64,000 nt of DNA from Anaerolineales bacterium (lineage in GTDB: Bacteria > Chloroflexota > Anaerolineae > Anaerolineales > RBG-16-64-43): contig JBEKLP010000004.1 in the NCBI GenBank assembly GCA_050010135.1, positions 2,932 to 66,931 of the forward strand, in the 5' to 3' direction. Of this stretch, positions 34,627 through 44,133 are shown piece after piece. A program made the translations under genes and the position numbers. Under the pieces are notes generated by a model. That model was not told where the DNA came from and did no database searches. It worked only from the letters and a program-made list of their open reading frames with translations. Position 1 is the first letter of the stretch. Each line of letters begins with the position of its first letter.

Positions 34627-35792
34627 ACCTTCTCATGCTGGGCGTTGGCGATTCGGGGTTGGAGAATCCGGCAAGCGAACCGGTCCGCCGGCACCTGGAG
34701 TATGCCAGACGGATGGGCGGGCATATCGATCTGATCGTGGATACGCCCCGTCGAGGGTTAACGGACTACGGCGCGATGACTGTTCACCGCACCGGCGCCC
34801 GCCGCGGCCGGTACTTGTGGGCGGCGTACGGAATGGCGCGGGAAGCGGCGCGGCAGCGTCCGCCGGACCTGATCGTAACGCAGGACCCATTCGCAACCGC
34901 GCTGACGGGGTTTTGGTTGCGGCGCGCGCTGCGCCGGCCGCTGCTCATCCAGAACCACTCGTGTTTCCTGTTCAACCGCTATTGGATCGCGGAGCGTCCG
35001 TTGACTTTCCGCGCGCTGCACCTTCTGGCCCGTTCCTTGCTTCCCCGGGCAGATGCGTGGCGCGTGGTGAACACCGCCGAACGGAAAATATACATCGACC
35101 GGCTCAAGTTGCCCGCCGATCGGGTGCGGGTGCTTCCCGTCCCGTGCGATCTGGAAGAATTCGAACAGAAACGGTTGTCGGATGCCGAATCGAAAGCTCG
35201 AAATCGGTTGTCGTTCCCCGCTGGGACCCCGGTGATATTATGGGCCGGGCGGCCGGTAAGATTTAAACGTCTGCCGATTCTCTTCACTGCGTTTTCGGAA
35301 ATCCGCCGAGTCTTCCCCCGGGCAAGGTTGGTCGTCGCCGGCCGGAAGGATCTCGCCCAGGAGGATTTGGACCGCGCCGCGAGGGATGCGCAAGTGGGAG
35401 AATCGCTGGTCTGGATGGGCGAGCTGACCCATACGGACTTGGCGGGAATATGCGCCGCGGCGGATGTTTTTCTCTATCCGTCGATTTACGAGGGGTTCGG
35501 GCGGGTGATGGTGGAGGCGGGCGCCGCCGGATTGCCCGTCGTCGCCACGGCAACGGCCGGCGCGACGGATATTATCCGGGACGGGAAGACGGGTTATCTC
35601 GCGCCGATCGAAGATGCCCCGGCGCTTGCTGCCCGCGCGCGGGAATTGCTGGCTGACCCGGAACGGCGCGCAACGATGGGTGCCGCCGCGCGGAAATGGA
35701 TCCGCGATCAATTCGATCCGGGCCGGTCGTATGACGCCGTCGTCTCACAGTGGCGCGAAGTTGCGGCGATGGGATTGATCGGGAAGTTATGA
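34623..35792 (+). CDS. Glycosyltransferase family 4
   Basis: ATGA overlap; 'YEGFGRVMVEAGAAGLPVVATATAGATDIIRDGKTGYLAP'. Confidence 0.85.
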   Translation: MNLLMLGVGDSGLENPASEPVRRHLEYARRMGGHIDLIVDTPRRGLTDYGAMTVHRTGARRGRYLWAAYGMAREAARQRPPDLIVTQDPFATALTGFWLRRALRRPLLIQNHSCFLFNRYWIAERPLTFRALHLLARSLLPRADAWRVVNTAERKIYIDRLKLPADRVRVLPVPCDLEEFEQKRLSDAESKARNRLSFPAGTPVILWAGRPVRFKRLPILFTAFSEIRRVFPRARLVVAGRKDLAQEDLDRAARDAQVGESLVWMGELTHTDLAGICAAADVFLYPSIYEGFGRVMVEAGAAGLPVVATATAGATDIIRDGKTGYLAPIEDAPALAARARELLADPERRATMGAAARKWIRDQFDPGRSYDAVVSQWREVAAMGLIGKL

Positions 35793-36970
35793 TCGATACA
35801 AAAAGAACCCGGTTGCTATATCTGCTTCCGCGCTACGATACGGACTCGTCCGAGCATTTCTTTTACCTTTACGATTTCCTGAAAAAATTGCAGACCCGAA
35901 TCCCGCTGGAGGTGGTTGTGGAAAGGACCTCCGGCACGCTGCCATCGGATTTGCCGATGCGGCCGCTCCATCTCCGCTTTCCGATTTTCCGATTGACGGA
36001 GGAAATTTTCGTTTTTCTCGCCGCCCGGTTGCGCGGCATACGCGATTTCTATGTCCACTATTCATACACCGGAGCGATTGCTGCGGCGATCGTCGTCCGA
36101 CTATTCGGGGGACGGGCTTTTTATTGGAATTGCAGCCTGTATAGGGAATTCCCGCTTTCAAAAGATGCAACCTGGGAGGAACGGCTGCGGCAGGCTGTCA
36201 ATCTTTGGCTGCTCGAGACTTCGGTGCGGTGGTGCACTTATCTTGTGACGGGAACACCACGGGTGGCGGAATACTATGTCAAACATGCGCGCATTCCCGC
36301 ACAGAAAATCCGCTTGCTCCCGAACTTTGTTGAGCTGGAACGATTCCAAGGCATTTCCCGCGCCGAAGCACGGAAAAAATTAAACCTGGATCCAAATCGG
36401 AAGGTCGTTCTTTTTTTGCACCGCGTGGCGCGCCGTAAGGGTGCCTATTACCTTCCGGACATCGCATCGATGGTCCTTCGCAAGGTGAAGCCGGTAACTT
36501 TTCTCGTCGCCGGCGGAGGTCCGTATTTGGAGGAATTGCGCCGTCGGATGGAGCAGCAACCGTTGGCCGGCGCGTTCGACTTTCGCGGCTGGATCCCGAA
36601 TCGCGATGCACCGCTGTATTTTCGGGCGGCCGATCTCTACCTCATGCCGTCGGAGGAGGAAGGTTTTCCGCGCGTGCTGCTCGAAGCAATGGCAGCCGAT
36701 TGCCCGTTTATCGCGTTCGATATCGGAGGCGTGCGGGATATCGTCGCGCCGGATCAGGAAGCCTGCGTGATCCCGGCCGGAGACGTCGCCGCATTCGCCG
36801 CCGCTTGCAGCGATGTGCTATTGGACACCGCGCGCCTCGATGCATGGAGGAAAGCCGGCGCGCGACAGGTCGAACGGTTCTCGGAGGAACGCGTGCTCGA
36901 AGCGTTTGGACACATGCTCGACGGGCAGCCGCTGGATTGGCGGGGCTTCCTGTCCGGAGGGAGAACCTGA
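35789..36970 (+). CDS. Glycosyltransferase family 4
   Basis: ATGA overlap; 'EEGFPRVLLEAMAADCPFIAFDIGGVRDIVAPDQEACVIPAGD'. Confidence 0.85.
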   Translation: MIDTKRTRLLYLLPRYDTDSSEHFFYLYDFLKKLQTRIPLEVVVERTSGTLPSDLPMRPLHLRFPIFRLTEEIFVFLAARLRGIRDFYVHYSYTGAIAAAIVVRLFGGRAFYWNCSLYREFPLSKDATWEERLRQAVNLWLLETSVRWCTYLVTGTPRVAEYYVKHARIPAQKIRLLPNFVELERFQGISRAEARKKLNLDPNRKVVLFLHRVARRKGAYYLPDIASMVLRKVKPVTFLVAGGGPYLEELRRRMEQQPLAGAFDFRGWIPNRDAPLYFRAADLYLMPSEEEGFPRVLLEAMAADCPFIAFDIGGVRDIVAPDQEACVIPAGDVAAFAAACSDVLLDTARLDAWRKAGARQVERFSEERVLEAFGHMLDGQPLDWRGFLSGGRT

Positions 36971-38016
36971 TGATGGATCGGGCGAAGAATCGGATTGCTT
37001 GGGCAGGTGGCTGGCATTACGCCCACAATAATCAACGCTACGAGGAATTGATCCCGCGGCTTTCGAACGTCGATCGCTATTATGTCCATCTGCCTCGTTT
37101 TTGGCTTTTGCGGGGGATCCGGCGGAGGATTTGGTTGCCGCTTTTGGTCCGCTGGTTGGGAACGAGATACCCGCTGCTCTTTTGCACAGACTGGCGCCAG
37201 ATCCGAATGGTGCGCGCCCGCGTCGTGTGTGATCTCGACGATCCGGTCTTTTCCGTTGAAGAGATCTCCGCATTGAATCTTCCCAATGTGGCCGCCGTGG
37301 TGACCACCACCGAGCTTGTCCGGAAGAATCTGCAGGAAGCGGGTGTTCGCAGCCCGATCGAGGTCATACCGCAGGGTGTCGCAATCGGGCGGGTGGATCC
37401 GGACCGCGTGCGCGCCATCCGGCGGCAATATTCCCCGGACCCGGATGAAGTCGTTGTCGGATTGCATCAGCCGCATTTCGATTTTGCGTCCGAACTGCCG
37501 GTCGGATCGGCGGAGCAGATGTACGCGGTGGATAATCTGCTGGATGCGATGATGGGAGCGCGCGAGGAGAATCCGCGACTCGTCCTGTGGCTGGTGGGCC
37601 GGCCGAGCCCAAAGGTCAGCGACTTCGCCGCCGGCCACCCCTGGGTGCGACTGATCGGATATCAACCCCGGGTGGCCTTGATGGAGTTTGTATCGGCTTT
37701 TAATATCGGCGTCTATCCGCGCACGCTGGATCTGAAAGGACGGAGCAGCGTCAAGTTGCTGGAATACATGGCCTGCAGCGTTCCAGTTGTGGGCTTTGAT
37801 GTGGTCGAGATGCGCGAGGTCGTGCAGGCGGGAGCGGGCATTGTCGCACAGGACGTCGCCTCGTTCGCGGCGGCATTGGTTTCACTTGGAGCGAATCCGC
37901 AGCAGAGGATACGTATGGGGGAATTGGGAAAACAGGCGGCTGTTCCGAACCATTGGGATCTTCTGTCGGAAAGATATGGCGTGCTTTTGGAGCATTGGAG
38001 CCGTCATGAAAAATAA
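36970..38016 (+). CDS. Glycosyltransferase, GT4-like (divergent)
   Basis: Its start shares one base with the upstream stop (TGATG). The C-terminal 'GRSSVKLLEYMACSVPVVGFDVVEMREVVQAGAGIVAQD' resembles the GT-B nucleotide-sugar binding region. The N-terminal half is divergent. Confidence 0.7.
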   Translation: MMDRAKNRIAWAGGWHYAHNNQRYEELIPRLSNVDRYYVHLPRFWLLRGIRRRIWLPLLVRWLGTRYPLLFCTDWRQIRMVRARVVCDLDDPVFSVEEISALNLPNVAAVVTTTELVRKNLQEAGVRSPIEVIPQGVAIGRVDPDRVRAIRRQYSPDPDEVVVGLHQPHFDFASELPVGSAEQMYAVDNLLDAMMGAREENPRLVLWLVGRPSPKVSDFAAGHPWVRLIGYQPRVALMEFVSAFNIGVYPRTLDLKGRSSVKLLEYMACSVPVVGFDVVEMREVVQAGAGIVAQDVASFAAALVSLGANPQQRIRMGELGKQAAVPNHWDLLSERYGVLLEHWSRHEK

Positions 38017-38944
38017 AAGCAGGGCATGGGAGGAGCCTTCCGCTTTGCCGGGAAACCGGACGAATATGGATTCCCTTGCCGCCCTCGGGCGGTTGGCGTC
38101 TGCGTTTCGCAATGCAGGGATGCGATCGGTATTCAACGGTATCCGTGATTCATTGGACGCCGTAGCTTTGCGCTTGGATTTGCCTCCACTCGAGGCGGAG
38201 ATCGACGGTATCCGGTTGCACGGTTTTTTACGACACCGGAGTTTCCTGGAGAATCTCGCCAGAGGCACGTATGAACCTTGCACTCGCAAGCTTTTTTCCG
38301 GGCTGTTGGCGGAAACGGAGGTAATGGTAGATGCCGGCGCCCACATTGGATTGTTCAGCGTGCTGGCTTGCCGGAAGGGAACGTCGGATCTGTCCGTGTT
38401 TTCCTTCGAGCCGGATCCTTATAACGGGAAAGCGCTCCAGTATAACCTTCGGAAAAACCGATGTGCAAACGTCCGCGTGTTGCCGATGGCGGTTTCCGAC
38501 ACAACCGGCACCGCGCGGTTTCTGATCAGCGACGGCACCCTGGGCAGTTCGTTGATCCTGGGGCGCACGAATATCGGCGCCACGCATACCCTGCTGGTGC
38601 CAACGGCGGCTCTCGATTTTACCCTGCAAGAGATCCCTTTGAAATCGCTGCTGATCAAACTGGATGTGGAAGGCGGGGAGATAATGGCTCTCCGGGGTAT
38701 GTCTTCCGTGCTTTGGCGAGCGTCCAAAGTTGCAATCATATGCGAGATGAATCCCGCGGCACTCCAAGCCGGTGGGCAGACTCCGGCCGGCCTCGTTCAT
38801 CTTCTGCAAAAGCAGGGATTGGAAACGTTCTTTATTTCCGACGCGGAAGGCGGCTTGGTGCCGGTGACGGAAACGTTCGCCGCCAAAGGAAATTTATTGT
38901 GCCTGAAGGATTGGCCGATACCGAAGGAATGGATCCGGCATTGA
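38006..38944 (+). CDS. FkbM-family methyltransferase
   Basis: 'VMVDAGAHIGLFSVLA', 'FSFEPDPYNGKALQYNL', 'VLPMAVSDTTGTARF' and 'IKLDVEGGE' are typical of the FkbM/Methyltransf_21 family. ATG 38006 overlaps the upstream stop by 11 nt. Confidence 0.85.
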   Translation: MKNKSRAWEEPSALPGNRTNMDSLAALGRLASAFRNAGMRSVFNGIRDSLDAVALRLDLPPLEAEIDGIRLHGFLRHRSFLENLARGTYEPCTRKLFSGLLAETEVMVDAGAHIGLFSVLACRKGTSDLSVFSFEPDPYNGKALQYNLRKNRCANVRVLPMAVSDTTGTARFLISDGTLGSSLILGRTNIGATHTLLVPTAALDFTLQEIPLKSLLIKLDVEGGEIMALRGMSSVLWRASKVAIICEMNPAALQAGGQTPAGLVHLLQKQGLETFFISDAEGGLVPVTETFAAKGNLLCLKDWPIPKEWIRH

Positions 38945-39089
38945 AGCCCTGAGTGTGTTGCCAACGGTAATTCGTGCCGGCGGGTTGAGGAAGGATCCAC
39001 GGAGTTCGGAAAGGAAGGGATGATCGTGAGTGAGCCAACGGGCCAACCAACGAAAAAGCAAGCTATCCTTTCAGGGTGACGAAGTGAAA

Positions 39090-40367
39090 ATGAACACTCC
39101 GGAAATTGGAAAAATGCATATCCTGTATCTGTCCGGTTCCCGCTTTCCGACCGAAAAAGCCTATGGCTATCAGATCGTTAAGGAATGCGAAAGCTTGGCC
39201 GACCTCGGTCTGGATGTGACACTAATCTTCCCCGAACTGGCCCCGCGTCAGGCGCGGAATATGGGAGTGCCGCGCCAGCCCGATCTGATTATGTATTATT
39301 CGGTGAAGAGGAATTTCCGGTTGAAAACGGAGGCGATTGCCCCTTTTTTGGATCCTTTGTATTCGGATATGTCTTCGGTATGGTTCTACTTAAAAATCCT
39401 TACTTTCGCATTCCGTTCCAGAGAGTTGGTCGGAAAAAACTGTCGGAAGGGCAGAGCGGTTATCTGGACACAGGATTTATTTGTGGTTTTGGCGCAATTG
39501 TTGGGAGGCAAGGCGCCGGAAGATATTCTTGCCTTCGAATGCCATGATGTGGCGAAGAAACCCCTTGGCTTTTTTGCCCCGGTGATCCGAAGGCTGAAAA
39601 AAATTGTGGTCACAACCTCGGGTTTAAAAAAGGAATTCCTCAACATCGGGTTTCCGGAAGACCGGATCCTTGTTTTGCCAAATGCCGTGGCAGTGGATGA
39701 ATTTTCCATCTCCGAGAGCCAGGAAACCTGCCGGCGGCTGTTGGATTTGCCTTTGGACCGGCCGATCATAGGCTATATCGGCAAGTTCCATACGTACGGT
39801 CTGGAAAAAGGGATCCCCACCCTCATCCGAAGCCTCGTGTACCTAAAAGAAAAATATTCCCATCCGCCGCTGATTGTCTGCGTCGGAGGACCCATGGAAT
39901 ACGCGGAATTTTATTATCGGGTCGCCGACGATACCGGAGTACCCAGAGAAATGATCCAATTCGTTGACTTTCAGCCTAGGCCGCAAGTCCCCCGCTGGAT
40001 GAAGGCCTGCGACGTTTGCACGATCCCATCCCCTGCAAAAAGGTTTTTCATGAAATCTGCATCGCCGATGAAGCTTTTCGAATATCTGGCGGCCGGAGTG
40101 CCCGTGGTGGCATCCGATCTGCCGGCGATACGGGATATCCTCCAAGACGGGAAGAACGGATTGTTGGTTCCTCCGGAAGATCCGCGGGCGTGGGCGGCGG
40201 CGATTGCGCGGATCCTCGACGACCGGAATTTTGCGGGGGATCTCGCGCGGAGGGGTTTTGAAACGGTAAAAGACAATTCCTGGGAACGAAGGGCGGCCCG
40301 GGCGTTTTCCTTCATGGTGGACGATCCGGAACAGTGGAAAGTGAGCTTTCCCAAAACCGATGCGTAG
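39090..40367 (+). CDS. Glycosyltransferase family 4
   Basis: 'MHILYLSGSRFPTEKAYGYQIVKECESL' and 'SPMKLFEYLAAGVPVVASDLPAIRDILQDGKNGLLVPPED'. The start is ambiguous: GTG 39030 has the best RBS, with ATG 39090 and ATG 39114 as alternatives. The 5' half has lower GC. Confidence 0.8.
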   Translation: MNTPEIGKMHILYLSGSRFPTEKAYGYQIVKECESLADLGLDVTLIFPELAPRQARNMGVPRQPDLIMYYSVKRNFRLKTEAIAPFLDPLYSDMSSVWFYLKILTFAFRSRELVGKNCRKGRAVIWTQDLFVVLAQLLGGKAPEDILAFECHDVAKKPLGFFAPVIRRLKKIVVTTSGLKKEFLNIGFPEDRILVLPNAVAVDEFSISESQETCRRLLDLPLDRPIIGYIGKFHTYGLEKGIPTLIRSLVYLKEKYSHPPLIVCVGGPMEYAEFYYRVADDTGVPREMIQFVDFQPRPQVPRWMKACDVCTIPSPAKRFFMKSASPMKLFEYLAAGVPVVASDLPAIRDILQDGKNGLLVPPEDPRAWAAAIARILDDRNFAGDLARRGFETVKDNSWERRAARAFSFMVDDPEQWKVSFPKTDA

Positions 40368-41490
40368 CATCCATCTTCTCAAAGCAACCGGCATCGCCGG
40401 TGCCGAAACCCACCTCCTGGCCCTTCTCCCCGCACTGCGCGGACAAGGGATCGATTGCGGTGTTATTTTATTGGAGGACCCGCGCCGAGAGCAACGCGAT
40501 TTCCGGGAACATCTGGAACGGAGCGGCGTACCGGTCCATTCGTTGCCGATCCGCTGGCATATCGATCCGGGGCTTCCCGCCCGGCTGGAGGATCTTCTTC
40601 GCGGGGAACCGTTCGACATCCTCCACGCACATCTTCCGCACGGGGAAGTCTATGGCGAGTTTGCGATGAGATCGTTTCCCTCCGGAAAGTTTGTCGTTTC
40701 CCGGCACAACGACGACCGCTTCCGGCGCACTCTGCCGATGCGTTGGGTATTCGCGCCGTCCCTACGGCGAGCCGATCGGATCGTTGCGATCTCCCAATCC
40801 ATCCGCCGTTTTCTGATCGACGTCGAGCGTGCACCCGCCGAAAAAATCGAAGTCGTTCCATACGGACTGGACGCAGACGCGTTCGCGCGGGAGGCTCATC
40901 CCGGCGCCTTTCGCCGGGAGATCGGAGCGGGGGAAAATCCGTTGGTGGGATTCATCGGCCGGATGACGGCTCAGAAGGGTGTCGATATCTTGTTGCGGGT
41001 GTTTGCCCGTGTCCAGCGGCGCCACCCGACAGCGAAATTAATTCTGGTGGGAGACGGACCCGATCGCCAAGGTTTGATGCGTTTGGCCAAATCCCTCGGT
41101 CTGCAGAGAGTGATGTTTCTCGGGTGGCGCACCGATGCCGCCGATATCCTAGCGGATATCGATCTGCTGGCGATTCCCTCGCGCTGGGAGGGATTCGGCC
41201 TGGTCGCGTTGGAAGCCATGGCCTTGGGGAAACCGATTGCGGCGTCGAGAGTTTCCGCGCTTCCGGAGATTGTGGTGCAGTCTGAGACCGGGTTATTGTT
41301 GACACCCGGCGGCGTGGAGGAGTGGGCGGACGGGATAATCGCAATCCTATCCGATCCAAAAGGAGCGGTCGCAATGGGCCGCGCCGGAAGGGACCGGGTA
41401 TTAAAAGAATTTCCCGTGGAACGCATGGCGCGGCGGACGGCAGGGGTCTATCATATGTTGACGGACAACCCGCACGGGGGCAAGGCGTAA
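40360..41490 (+). CDS. Glycosyltransferase family 4
   Basis: 'IHLLKATGIAGAETHLLALLPAL' and 'WEGFGLVALEAMALGKPIAASRVSALPEIVVQSETGLLLTPGG'; 8-nt overlap with the upstream gene. Confidence 0.85.
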   Translation: MRSIHLLKATGIAGAETHLLALLPALRGQGIDCGVILLEDPRREQRDFREHLERSGVPVHSLPIRWHIDPGLPARLEDLLRGEPFDILHAHLPHGEVYGEFAMRSFPSGKFVVSRHNDDRFRRTLPMRWVFAPSLRRADRIVAISQSIRRFLIDVERAPAEKIEVVPYGLDADAFAREAHPGAFRREIGAGENPLVGFIGRMTAQKGVDILLRVFARVQRRHPTAKLILVGDGPDRQGLMRLAKSLGLQRVMFLGWRTDAADILADIDLLAIPSRWEGFGLVALEAMALGKPIAASRVSALPEIVVQSETGLLLTPGGVEEWADGIIAILSDPKGAVAMGRAGRDRVLKEFPVERMARRTAGVYHMLTDNPHGGKA

Positions 41491-41588
41491 ACCGGATCTG
41501 TTTCAAGGAGAGAAGGCGGTCGAATTCTTCGCGCCTTGTCTCCGTGAGAGCCCGGGGGACGCGGAACTTCCAGAAGGAGAATCCTCGC

Positions 41589-42593
41589 GTGAGATGGGTG
41601 TCTTCGGCGCACGGAATAATAAAGCGGGCCTATCTGGGTTTTCAACCCCGTGCCGTCGTTTTAATGTATCACCGGATCGCGGATGCGGTTGCCGACCCCT
41701 TCAACCTATGCGTCTCGCCTGAAAATTTTAATGAGCAGTTGGAAATGCTCCGGACGCATTATCGGGTACTGCCCCTGGAGGATATCCTCCCGGCGCTGCG
41801 GGAGGGAAAACTTCGATCCACCGCGGTAGCAATAACCTTTGACGATGGATATGCCGATAACTGTCATACCGCCGCCGTGTCGCTCGCCCGCCATGGATTG
41901 CCGGCAACCGTATTTGTCACCAGCGGTTATCTGGACGGGCGCCGGGAATATTGGTGGGATGAACTCGTCCGCCTCGTTTTCGAAAGTCGATCCGATCCTT
42001 CGCATTGGCGCTTGGAGGAAATAAATTTCCCCTCGGCGGGGACGGCGGGTATGGATCGGGGAGAAATCGTCAGCCAACTTCAGGGATTCCTCCGCGGGCA
42101 GAGACCGGATCGCCGGGAAGCCGTCCTCGTCCGGTTGGCCAATTTGGCCGGATTGGAACGGGTTGTGCGCGAGTCCCACAGACCCATGACGGCGGAAGAA
42201 TGCGCCGCGTTGGCCCGGGGAGGGTTAATCACTGTTGGTGCCCATACGGTCCGCCATGATTGGCTCGCGGCAATTCCGGGTGCGGAGCAGGACTATGAAA
42301 TCCGCGAATCGAAGCGGGTATTGGAGGATATTACCGGGGCGCCGGTGCGTACCCTGGCCTACCCGTATGGCCGGCGGGATTCTGTCAGCCAAAAAACACT
42401 CGCGCGGGTGCGCGCGGCCGGATTTGTGTTGGCCTGTGCCAATGAACGGGGTTTGGTGCACGCCGATTCCAATCCATATTGGATTCCGCGCTGTATTCCG
42501 CACAACGTCGACGGGGAATCCTTCGCGAAGCGGATGCATGCGTTTTTCCAGGATCATTCTTCCATGCGTATGCCATCCGGGCGCGAAGTATAA
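41589..42593 (+). CDS. Polysaccharide deacetylase (CE4/NodB-homology family), paralogue 2
   Basis: GTG 41589 lies 9 nt after AAGGAGA. 'RAVVLMYHRIA', 'VAITFDDGYADN', 'ATVFVTSGY', 'VGAHTVRHD'; colinear with 6742-7758. Confidence 0.8.
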   Translation: MRWVSSAHGIIKRAYLGFQPRAVVLMYHRIADAVADPFNLCVSPENFNEQLEMLRTHYRVLPLEDILPALREGKLRSTAVAITFDDGYADNCHTAAVSLARHGLPATVFVTSGYLDGRREYWWDELVRLVFESRSDPSHWRLEEINFPSAGTAGMDRGEIVSQLQGFLRGQRPDRREAVLVRLANLAGLERVVRESHRPMTAEECAALARGGLITVGAHTVRHDWLAAIPGAEQDYEIRESKRVLEDITGAPVRTLAYPYGRRDSVSQKTLARVRAAGFVLACANERGLVHADSNPYWIPRCIPHNVDGESFAKRMHAFFQDHSSMRMPSGREV

Positions 42594-42619
42594 CGAAACG
42601 GAATTGGGGAGAATCGCCG

Positions 42620-43720
42620 ATGGCCCAATATTCCATCTCGAAAAGTAGACCCACCAAAGATCGGCTCTTGGAGTTGGAAGGCCTGAGCGAATCAAATCGA
42701 TATCGGGTTCATATGAACCCGGACTGGTTTGCCGATTACATCGAGTGTTTCCAACGGCAGAGTTCCGCCTTCCTTTTGGAAGCTCGCGAAACAGGGTCCG
42801 GAAAACTCGTCGGTGCCTTACCCCTGGAAATTCAAGAAGTGCTGAATGAACGCGGCCGGAAAATGAGACAGCTGGTTCCATTGGCCGGCGGGCAATCGGA
42901 TTTCAGTCTTTTCCTTTGCCTACCGGGTCACGAGCAAGCGTATGCCCGGGGGATTGTCCATTGGTTGGTTCAGCATCGGCAGGAATGGGAATCGCTGCGA
43001 ATGAATGTGGTCCCACAATCCTCCAGGGGATGGCCCGAATTTGCGCACGCGCTTGAGGGCTCCGGGTTTTCATCCAAAGTGTCTCAGGATCGATTCTTCT
43101 ATAAAGTCAATACGGATGGCCGTTGGGAGGATTACGAAAAAGGTTTTTTACACCGGCGTCTGGATACTTTGCGTAACTTGATGAATCAGCTGACCCGAGA
43201 CTACGGTGAAATACAGGCGCGAATCCTTGAGACTGGAATCGAAGACCATCTGGATAACCTGATGACCTGGTACCGACAGCGGCGCAAGGAAATCGGCCAG
43301 AAGGATGCATTTGGGATCTACCCGGAGAAGCTGGGATTCCTGAAATCCGTCATTCGGGATTTTGAGCCGAAGCGGCTTGTCCGACTATCCATGTTGACCG
43401 CAGGAAAGGAAGTCTTGGCATATCAGCTCGACTGGATCGATCAGGGAATTTGGTATTACTACATGCCCGCCTTTAATGAGCGTTTCGCTAAGTACTCGCC
43501 GAGCAAGATCCTGTTATTCGAAACGATGAGAATGGCATTCGGCGATCCGGCGATCCATGAATTTAATTTCATGCGGGGTGAAGAAACCTACAAGGCACAA
43601 TTCGCCAATGAGACGGAAGCTTTTATTTCGATAAGGGTATCCAACCCATGGTCGTTTCGCTTCAAGGCAGCCGCTCTATTTTCGCGCATAGCCGCGCTGC
43701 GCGACCGGATTATCCGATAG
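42620..43720 (+). CDS. CelD/FemAB-like GNAT-fold acyltransferase (Acetyltransf_6-like)
   Basis: 366 aa. The C-terminal 'YYYMPAFNERFAKYSPSKILLFETMRMAF....EFNFMRGEETYKAQFAN' block is characteristic of the CelD-like family. Lower GC than the surrounding genes. Confidence 0.7.
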   Translation: MAQYSISKSRPTKDRLLELEGLSESNRYRVHMNPDWFADYIECFQRQSSAFLLEARETGSGKLVGALPLEIQEVLNERGRKMRQLVPLAGGQSDFSLFLCLPGHEQAYARGIVHWLVQHRQEWESLRMNVVPQSSRGWPEFAHALEGSGFSSKVSQDRFFYKVNTDGRWEDYEKGFLHRRLDTLRNLMNQLTRDYGEIQARILETGIEDHLDNLMTWYRQRRKEIGQKDAFGIYPEKLGFLKSVIRDFEPKRLVRLSMLTAGKEVLAYQLDWIDQGIWYYYMPAFNERFAKYSPSKILLFETMRMAFGDPAIHEFNFMRGEETYKAQFANETEAFISIRVSNPWSFRFKAAALFSRIAALRDRIIR

Positions 43721-43750
43721 CCACGCCGTTTTTTGACACGTTTCCTTTGA

Positions 43751-43855
43751 GCCGATTCTTGGGAGGACTCTTTTGCAAAGGAATGGGTGCGTAAGGAATT
43801 TCCCGTGGAATGGATGGTGCGGCGAACGGCACAATTATATAAAAACTGGATATAA
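43751..43855 (+). pseudogene. Remnant of a GT4 C-terminus
   Basis: The 34-codon frame '..EDSFAKEWVRKEFPVEWMVRRTAQLYKNWI*' matches the C-terminus '..VLKEFPVERMARRTAGVYHML' of the GT4 at 40360-41490. A 39-nt core has 34 identical positions by manual alignment with nt 41403-41441. No upstream catalytic domain is present. Confidence 0.6.
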
Positions 43856-44133
43856 TTCCATGGATAGCAAGGGAGAGATTGATAAAATAGTTTGATCGTC
43901 GGAGGATAAATCGGATTTACCCGGTAAATCCGGCCAAAATCCCCTGTCTTCCCACACCCGATTGTCCGCCAAGTTCGGGATAGGTATCCGAGCATACATC
44001 AGAAGCCCGGAATTCAATTTCGAGCGGGGAACGTAGCACTGTTCGATTGGCTACCATTAACTTTCTGCCAAGCCGGATGATCGATAGTGGGGAATATAAG
44101 GATGAGAAAGAAAAAACGGATTGGAAAACGAAG

